NCBI RefSeq assembly: GCF_006345805.1
Contig: NC_043005.1
Location: 87,358,001-87,422,000 of the forward strand
Source of the DNA: Octopus sinensis
Taxonomy: Eukaryota
Reading direction: 5' to 3'
DNA length: 64,000 nucleotides
Every line of letters begins with the position of its first letter. Position 1 is the stretch's first letter. Position numbers and translations under genes: made by a program. Below the pieces are notes generated by a model that was not told the DNA's origin, did no database searches, and worked only from the letters and a program-made list of their open reading frames with translations. Positions 56,149-64,000 of this stretch are shown piece by piece.

Positions 56149-57329
56149 CATGTATATATATATATACATATATATATATATACATGTATATATATATTAT
56201 ATATATATATAATATAATACATGTATATATATATATACACATATATATTTTTTCACGCAACTTTACCGATCATGGCATACACACACAAACATATTGCGTA
56301 TAAATATATATATATATATTATATGAGCGTTTGCGTGTGTGTGTGTATGTGTGTATGTTCGTGTGTGTATGTCTGTGTATGAGTGTGTGTGTGTGAGAGA
56401 GAGTGAGAGAGAGAGAGAGAGTGTGTGTGTGTGTGTGCGTCTGTGAGTTTTTGAGAAATCTCCCTTATATATGTAAATATATATGAAGATCAACACATGA
56501 TCACATGTTAACGCATGCTTGAAACCGAACACGAATTGTCCCACCACTGGTTCAGTCCAGAGCTATATATATATTTTTTATTTTTTATATATATAAATAA
56601 TAATACACATTAATGTTATTACATATATATAATCCCAGAAATTATTTTTTTTACAATAAATCTTGTTCAATTCATCTTTAATTTACTACAATCATTTCTT
56701 ATAAAGCAGCGGCATTTTATATCCGCACAGGCCGGCCCTGGGATATTCATTCAGTCAAGACAACAATGACTGAATCTAGCAGTGATATTTTCCCCCGCTT
56801 TTAGTGCTATAATCTAATCAAAGCCAAGTATAGTATTCAAATATTTCCCGTATTTTCGGGAAATTTTTTTCGTGCCCTTTTCTTGTATATGAGGGAAATC
56901 AATATGGACGTTTTTTGTTCGCTTCCTCTCTATTGCACAAGACGCAGAAAAGTGAATATCGGAGTAATGTTAAATGAGCTTCCTAGCTTCATATCAAGAA
57001 ATAATACAGCTATACAGGTCCTATTGACAGCATGATATTCCCCTCGTTTTAACATGAGCATGTGGGCGTGTGAGTCTGTGTACGTATTTGCGCATGAATA
57101 TAGGCATGTGCTTCAAATGTATACATATATACATATATATATATACACACACACACATATATATATATATCATCATCATCATCATCATCATATATATATA
57201 TATGTACATGTATATATGTATGTATGTTTATATATCTATATATATAAATATATATATATATAGAGAGAGAGAGACATGTATGTATGTCTATATATATATG
57301 TATCTCTCTCTCTCTCTTTGTCTCTCTAT

Positions 57330-57381
<52 letters not shown>

Positions 57382-57616
57382 GCACTCACGCAAGCACACA
57401 CGTGTATTCGTATATAGATCAAAATACAGTCTAGGTATAAAAAAAATCACCACATTAATCGTACTTCTTTGCCTCGCATAAAACGGGGTGACGTGCAACG
57501 ATAATTAGGTTCAATATGCGAAGCGTTTTATATTTTTATCAATAATATAGTGACGGAGGTTTTTCACGATTTATTCGGTATCTGGGTATATCTGATATTT
57601 CATAGGAACATAGCAG

Positions 57617-57679
<63 letters not shown>

Positions 57680-57803
57680 CGCGATATCTATATATGTACG
57701 AATACATACATAAATATATATTTATGTGTGTGTGTGTGTGTCGATTCACGCCCACATGCATATATTCATATGTAATCATACATACATACATATATTATTA
57801 TTA

Positions 57804-57847
<44 letters not shown>

Positions 57848-57865
57848 GTTATTATTATTATTATT

Positions 57866-57897
<32 letters not shown>

Positions 57898-57905
57898 TAT
57901 TTTTA

Positions 57906-57962
<57 letters not shown>

Positions 57963-58165
57963 TGGATTTGCTGTTCACTCTCTTCTTTCATGTGTATTAT
58001 GCTATCTCCTAAACACAAAATTTTATTACTAATTTTTTTTTCTTCCATACATCCCTCTCTTTCTCTTTCATCCACTCCCTCTCTCTCTGCCTGGCTGTCT
58101 ATTTGTCTCTCCTTATCTATCTATCTCTATCTGCCTATCTATCACTCTATCTATCTATCTACCTT

Positions 58166-58233
<68 letters not shown>

Positions 58234-58359
58234 CATTGTTCCCTCTCTCTCTCTATATATATATATCTTTCTCACCAAGTCTCTGTTGGCAGACATATTT
58301 TACTTCATACAATTCTAAAGATCCAGGAGTGCTTTCTTGTCGTTCTCGTAGTTTTTGCC

Positions 58360-58361
58360 AG

Positions 58362-58453
<92 letters not shown>

Positions 58454-58478
58454 TCTCTCTCTCTCTCTCTCTCTCACT
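58360..58478. repeat. (CT)n microsatellite
   Basis: Directly visible. Confidence 0.97.
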
Positions 58479-58641
58479 GTCACTCACTTTCTGCCTATTT
58501 ACACACACTCACATACCTATACATATCTATGTTTGGTCGTATGAATATGCCCATATGCGTGTATGTGTGTGTATGTGTGAGTTTATATATATATTTATAA
58601 ATACATACAAGCACACGCACGCACACACACACACACACATA

Positions 58642-59441
58642 GGATATTTTCCTTTTGAACGGCAGTTTTCAACAGAATTTCTAGTTAACTAAACACTTTA
58701 AAACTTCGTATACTGGTAGAATGTGTCAAAATAAAACATTTTTTTCTCTTGGCTTTCTTGAGAAAATTGTAATTTGTAAGTTTAACGTAGATTAATTTTT
58801 CGAATTTTAACCAATCGATGGCCTCTATTTAGGTAAAATCATTTGCTGCGTCTAAAACTGAGACAACATCCTGTCACCGTTATGTTTACGTTCGGAAAGC
58901 GTGTGTATAAAATTATAGAATTATTTTGTTTGTTAATTGTTTAAATTATTTTTCATTGCTTTCGTTTTAGCCTTCCGTTTTTTCTTAAGCAATGGAAAAT
59001 AGTTTAAACAATACACGTGTATCTCAAAACAAAAACTCAAAACAAAAACAAAACGAATAATTTTAGACACACGCGTAACAATCAAATTAATTGAACAATT
59101 AAGAAAAAAACGAAAGGCTAAAATTTGGGGTTAGGGTTAGGGTTAGTGGTAGGGTTGGGCTTAGGGTTATGGTTAGGGTTAGTGTAGGATTAGGGTTAGA
59201 GTTAGTGACAGGATGTTGTCTCAGTTTTAGACGCAGCAAATGATTTTAGCTAAATAGAGGCCATCGATTGGTTAAAATTCGAAAAATTAAATTACGTTAA
59301 ACTTACAAATTACAATTTTCTCAAGAAAGCCAAGAGAAAAAAAATCTTTTATTTTGACACATTCTACCAGTATACGAAGTTTAAAAGTGTTTAGTTAACT
59401 AGAAATTGTGGTGAAAGCTGCCGTTCAAAAGGAAAAGATCC
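58642..59441. mobile_element. 800-bp non-autonomous DNA transposon (MITE) with ~236-bp TIRs and an 8-bp TSD; Merlin-like
   Basis: TIRs at 58642-58877 and 59205-59441 begin GGATATTTTCC and end GGAAAAGATCC; TSD cacacata at 58634-58641 and 59442-59449. GG termini with an 8-bp TSD fit Merlin (inference). Confidence 0.85.
59127..59204 (+). repeat. Degenerate (TTAGGG)n telomere-like array inside the MITE
   Basis: gggttagggttagggttagtggtagggttgggcttagggttatggttagggttagtgtaggattagggttagagttag. Confidence 0.9.
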
Positions 59442-59741
59442 CACACATATTAAACACATGTAGGGTTTAACATTCACAACACCATTGTTTTAGCAGCATT
59501 TTATTGAAGCGTTCTTAGATTACATCAAGGCCAAAAGCCAGCCATCTTCATCGAAATTTTAAACGTATAAACGCGTAAAGCCGAAGCCGAGGTAATTAGT
59601 TCAGCAACAGTGAGTGTGTTATAAATGAAGATTTCAGAAAGCACAACAGTATTTTTAGGGCAAGTGGATAACAACCACAGACGGCACTTACATCAATAGT
59701 ACTTATTTTCGAATTGATACCGTAGTTATATTATAAATACC

Positions 59742-60085
59742 AGTGGTTAGGGAAGACGACTCGCAGTCGTGGGATCGCGGTTTCGATTCCCATATCGGGC
59801 GTTGTGAGCGTTTATTAAGCGAAAACACCTAAAGCTCCACCTGGTGCCAGCAGGGGATGGTGGCGATCCTTGCTGTACTCTTTCACCACAACTTTCTCTA
59901 ACTCCTTCTTCATGTTTCTGTTGTACATGTATTTTCAAAGGGCCCAGCCTTGACACACTCTGTGTCACATCGAATCACCCCAAGAATTACATTAACGGTA
60001 CACGTGTCTGTGGAGTGCTCAGCCACTTGCACATTAATTTCACGCGTATGCTGTTCTGCTGAACAGAACCGACGGTGTGCACCGA
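59742..60085 (+). mobile_element. SINE family B
   Basis: cagtggttagggaagacgactcgcagtcgtgggatcgcggtttcgattccc plus the family body. Confidence 0.85.
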
Positions 60086-60245
60086 TAGAGTTACCTTAAT
60101 TAGGTTATAGTTACCTTCATTTCCATTGAGTAAGTAACCCTTATACCTTAATTAAGCTGGTAGACAGCTATAAAATTTATCTGAAGATGTTGGGGGTTTT
60201 CCTGAATTATGCATCAATTAATACTACTAAAAGAGGTGTTGTGTA

Positions 60246-60447
60246 GGTGCAATGGACCAGTGGTTAGGGCAGCGGAATCGCGTTCGGAGGATCCCGATTT
60301 CGTTTCCCAGACTGGGCGTTGTGTGTGTTTATTGAGCGAAAACACCTAAAAGCCCCACGAGGCTCCGGCAACGGGGTGGGGTGGGGCTCCACAGTTGTAC
60401 TCTTTCACCACAACTTTCTCTCACTCTCTCTTCTTGCTTCTTGAGTA
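60246..60447 (+). mobile_element. SINE family B, 3'-truncated
   Basis: ggtgcaatggaccagtggttagggcagcgg...cacaactttctctcactc, then (TA)n. Confidence 0.82.
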
Positions 60448-60455
60448 ACGCTGCG

Positions 60456-60514
<59 letters not shown>

Positions 60515-61649
60515 GTGTGTATACACACACACATGTGGGTCTGTGTATGTATGTATATATACGTATATACATATATAGTGATTAATGTTATACTCAATTT
60601 AAAAGGAGAGAGACTCAGATAATGGAATCCACAGACGGAGAGCTGCAGAAGTATACGTCTTCTGATTTTCTTGTTTCTCTAATTAGTTCTTGTTGATAAA
60701 CCAAGATATTGTTTTCCTTTGATCTTTGTAAAATATGATCAAGCAGATTTTGCTGGATTTATTCCCAAAGCATCTGAATTATAATGTAGACAAATCTGTA
60801 TAAACTCTGTCACACAATTTATAGTACTAAATCATTTCGTCTATTCATCATACTCAAATGGTATTTTAAGCAGGTTTTCCCGTGCGCTCATCAATTTTTA
60901 AACCAGCAAAATAGGCGCGTATTTGAAGAATCACGTGGTATGCCCTGAAAGCTTATTGTAACATCAATATAAGCGTACTACTTTCTTTTTCGTATTTTAT
61001 TTTCTTTTACTTGTTTCAGGTATGCAGCAGTGGTCCTGCTGGATGACCACCATAGGGATGTGGTTTGTCATTAGGGCTCACCTGTTAGTTATCTCATTCA
61101 CGACGAAAGGATAAACGGATATGTTCAGTCCGGCGGTATTTGAACCTATAACGTTGAGACTGGCGAGTTGCCTTTAAGCCTTTTGACCGGTATGCTAATG
61201 GTTCCGATAGCTCACCACCTTATTCATACATTTCAGGTTTCTGCTTTCCTTGTGTGTAACAAAGAGAATGCCACCGAATAATTTCCACTTAGATGTGGTG
61301 CGCTCTCTGCGACGAGAAACTCTTATAAGAGGAATTAAAATATCATCAATGTGAATCGTGTTTGTAATTACCAAAGACAAAATAACATCTCACGCGCCGA
61401 TGTATAATGCCGAAGAGACAAAAGGCCTGGGATGTGACGAAGTAACTGTAGTCGTGTGCATCTCCACATAAAGTGATTTCTCACTTACATTCATACAGAA
61501 AACGCACGACAATGCATACACACACACACGTTAAATAAGGATGACGATGATGATGATGTGTACGTATGTATGTAATTATACATACATATTTATATATATA
61601 CATACATTTATATATATGCATATATATACACATATATATACATATATAA

Positions 61650-61722
<73 letters not shown>

Positions 61723-61832
61723 CTTATATACACCCAAACACCTATATATAGATTTGTATACGCAAACACAAACACATACATATCTACACATGGATACAGA
61801 AGTATGTACGGATACATGTATGAGTGAGTATG

Positions 61833-61884
<52 letters not shown>

Positions 61885-62070
61885 GGGAGAGTATACGAAA
61901 AAAACAGAAGACGAAACGAGGTGGCGTACAAAACAAACAGATGTATTAGTATAACACCCAGAAATAGAAAAAGTCTTTTATGTTTCGAGCCTACGCTCTT
62001 CTACAGAATGGGATACAGAAAAAACAAGGAGAGAAACAAACAGAAATAAAATGTGTGTAGTGGCTAATGT
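61885..62070 (-). mobile_element. Third copy of the minimal-HHR repeat (motif 61973-62008)
   Basis: Reverse complement: ctgtaga-a-gagc gtag gctc-GAAA-cat-a-aaagac; flanked by (TA)n. Confidence 0.65.
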
Positions 62071-62095
62071 GTGTAGTGTATATATATATATACAT

Positions 62096-62155
<60 letters not shown>

Positions 62156-62239
62156 AGGTCCCGGGTTGATTCGGGGTTAACCACAATAAATAAGGTACTC
62201 AATACATAGTAGAGTAAAATTAATTTATTATATAGAAGG

Positions 62240-62290
62240 AGCTTCTACAGGACTAGAACTGTTTCATTCAAGAGAAATCTTCAGGAAGCT
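62240..62290 (-). ncRNA. Type I hammerhead ribozyme (array copy 1)
   Basis: Reverse complement: agcttc-CTGAAGA-tttctcttgaat-GAAA-cag ttctagtc ctg-TA-gaagct. Confidence 0.78.
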
Positions 62291-62660
62291 AGTTAACAAG
62301 AATTGTATTGGCATTTATACATTTAGGCAGGTTTAAAGGGGTGTTGGTGGGGGACCTTTTGGGGGTAGGCATAGCGCAAAATATCATACTTGGGGGAGTG
62401 GTCAAGGAGTCAGTGTTAAATTTCTTTTGATGAACTCATCAGTCCGTCTAATGAGGCTTTTTGGTACTGTTTCCTTGGTGGGATAGTAATGTTCTTCAGG
62501 GAAGTGTCGAGGTCGATTCTTGTCAGCATTTTTCTTGGTGATGGTTATAAGGGCACTAGGGTGTGCTAGGATATGTAGGTCCCGGGTTGATTCGGGGTTA
62601 ACCACAGTAAATAAGGTACTCAATACATAGTAGAGTAAAATTAATTTATTATGTAGAAGG

Positions 62661-62711
62661 AGCTTCTACAGGACTAGAACTGTTTTATTCAAGAGAAATC
62701 TTCAGGAAGCT
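62661..62711 (-). ncRNA. Type I hammerhead (array copy 2, G12A variant)
   Basis: Same fold, but tgttttattc gives AAAA in place of GAAA. Confidence 0.65.
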
Positions 62712-63080
62712 AGTTAACAAGAATTGTATTGGCATTTATACATTTAGGCAGGTTTAAAGGGGTGTTGGTGGGGGACTTTTGGGGGTAGGCATAGCGCAAA
62801 ATATCATACTGGGGGAGTGGTCAAGGAGTCAGTGTTAAATTTCTTTTGATGAACTCATCAGTCCGTCTAATGAGGGCTTTTGGTACTGTTTTCTTGGTGG
62901 GATAGTAATGTTCTTCAGGGAAGTGTCGAGGTCGATTCTTGTCAGCATTTTTTCTTGGTGATGGTTATAAGGGCACTAGGGTGTGCTAGGATATGTAGGT
63001 CCCGGGTTGATTCGGAGTTAACCACAGTAAATAAGGTACTCAATAGATAGTAGAGTAAAATTAATTTATTATATAGAAGG

Positions 63081-63131
63081 AGCTTCTACAGGACTAGAAC
63101 TGTTTCATTCAAGAGAAATCTTCAGGAAGCT
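63081..63131 (-). ncRNA. Type I hammerhead ribozyme (array copy 3)
   Basis: Same sequence as copy 1. Confidence 0.78.
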
Positions 63132-63227
63132 AGTTAACAAGAATTGTATTGACATTTATACATTTAGGCAGGTTTAAAGGTTTAAACCTGCCTAAATGTA
63201 TAAATGCCAATACAATTCTTGTTAACT

Positions 63228-63278
63228 AGCTTCCTGAAGATTTCTCTTGAATGAAACAGTTCTAGTCCTGTAGAAGCT
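63228..63278 (+). ncRNA. Type I hammerhead ribozyme (array copy 4)
   Basis: Stem I agcttc/gaagct; CUGAAGA at 63234-63240; GAAA at 63253-63256; stem III acag/ctgt; predicted GUA cleavage after 63272. Confidence 0.8.
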
Positions 63279-63410
63279 CCTTCTATATAATAAATTAATT
63301 TTACTCTACTATGTATTGAGTACCTTATTTACTGTGGTTAACCCCGAATCAACCCGGGACCTACATATCCTAGCACACCCTAGTGCCCTTTTAACCATCA
63401 CCAAGAAAAA

Positions 63411-63539
63411 ATGCTGACAAGAATCGACCTCGACACTTCCCTGAAGAACATTACTATCCCACCAAGGAAACAGTACCAAAAAGCCCTCATTAGACGGACT
63501 GATGAGTTCATCAAAAGAAATTTAACACTGACTCCTTGA
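63411..63539 (+). pseudogene. 42-codon PLE ORF N-terminal stub (identical copy at 63833-63961; frameshifted copies in the left arm)
   Basis: MLTRIDLDTSLKNITIPPRKQYQKALIRRTDEFIKRNLTLTP*; resembles, from memory, Naiad-type PLE N-termini (..YSLKNIPIP...Y...LI.KTE.FIKRMRW). Confidence 0.65.
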
Positions 63540-63650
63540 CCACTCCCCCAAGTATGATATTTTGCGCTATGCCTACCCCCAAAAAGTCCTCCACCAACAC
63601 CCCTTTAAACCTGCCTAAATGTATAAATGCCAATACAATTCTTGTTAACT

Positions 63651-63701
63651 AGCTTCCTGAAGATTTCTCTTGAATGAAACAGTTCTAGTCCTGTAGAAGC
63701 T
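63651..63701 (+). ncRNA. Type I hammerhead ribozyme (array copy 5)
   Basis: Identical to copy 4; predicted cleavage after 63695. Confidence 0.8.
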
Positions 63702-64000
63702 CCTTGTATATAATAAATTAATTTTACTCTACTATGTATTGAGTACCTTATTTACTGTGGGTAACCCCGAATCAACCCGGGACCTACATATCCTAGCACA
63801 CCTAGTGCCCTTATAACCATCACCAAGAAAAAATGCTGACAAGAATCGACCTCGACACTTCCCTGAAGAACATTACTATCCCACCAAGGAAACAGTACCA
63901 AAAAGCCCTCATTAGACGGACTGATGAGTTCATCAAAAGAAATTTAACACTGACTCCTTGACCACTCCCCCAAGTATGATATTTTGCGCTATGCCTACCC

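Larger units (their letters stand above)
62150..64000. mobile_element. Tandem ~420-bp hammerhead-containing PLE-derived array arranged as an inverted (palindromic) pair of arms
   Basis: Units start at 62150, 62571 and 62991 (minus-strand sense). The inversion centre is ggtttaaa-GG-tttaaacc at 63179-63180. Plus-strand units continue to the window end. Confidence 0.93.

Noticed and set aside
59127-59204. True chromosome end or fusion site
   Set aside because: Short, degenerate, single orientation and enclosed within TIRs.
61195-61380. 61-aa minus-strand ORF containing IDDILI (RT YxDD-like)
   Set aside because: No other RT motifs around it; short and unsupported.
62420-62442. CTGATGA...GAAA on the minus strand (also 63499-63520) as a second hammerhead per unit
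   Set aside because: No stem I, II or III pairing; it lies in the PLE stub coding sequence (TDEFIKR).
63441-63475. CTGAAGA...GAAACAGTA as a hammerhead
   Set aside because: Flanks do not form stem I; it encodes SLKNITIPPRKQY.

Overview
AT-rich eukaryotic repeat-dense DNA with no host protein-coding exon I can support. The SINE families and microsatellite load look like an Octopus (cephalopod) genome; that is my pattern recognition, not a database result. Nearly all ORFs in the supplied track are microsatellite or SINE artefacts. The window holds (TA)n/(TG)n/(GATA)n/(AAT)n microsatellites, dozens of copies of three tRNA-derived SINE families, 3' fragments of CR1 and RTE LINEs, Penelope-like element (PLE) RT and GIY-YIG remnants, and an 800-bp long-TIR MITE with an internal TTAGGG-like array. 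The main discovery is a set of type I hammerhead ribozyme (HHR) motifs: 13 candidates from about five unrelated sequence families. The clearest is a ~420-bp tandem unit at 62150-64000. Each unit carries an HHR and a PLE N-terminal stub, and the units form a divergent palindrome, making this a candidate retrozyme-like (self-cleaving, circular RNA) non-autonomous PLE. A second, decayed 288-bp HHR tandem lies at 53960-54516. All folds were done by eye, and SINE coordinates are approximate.
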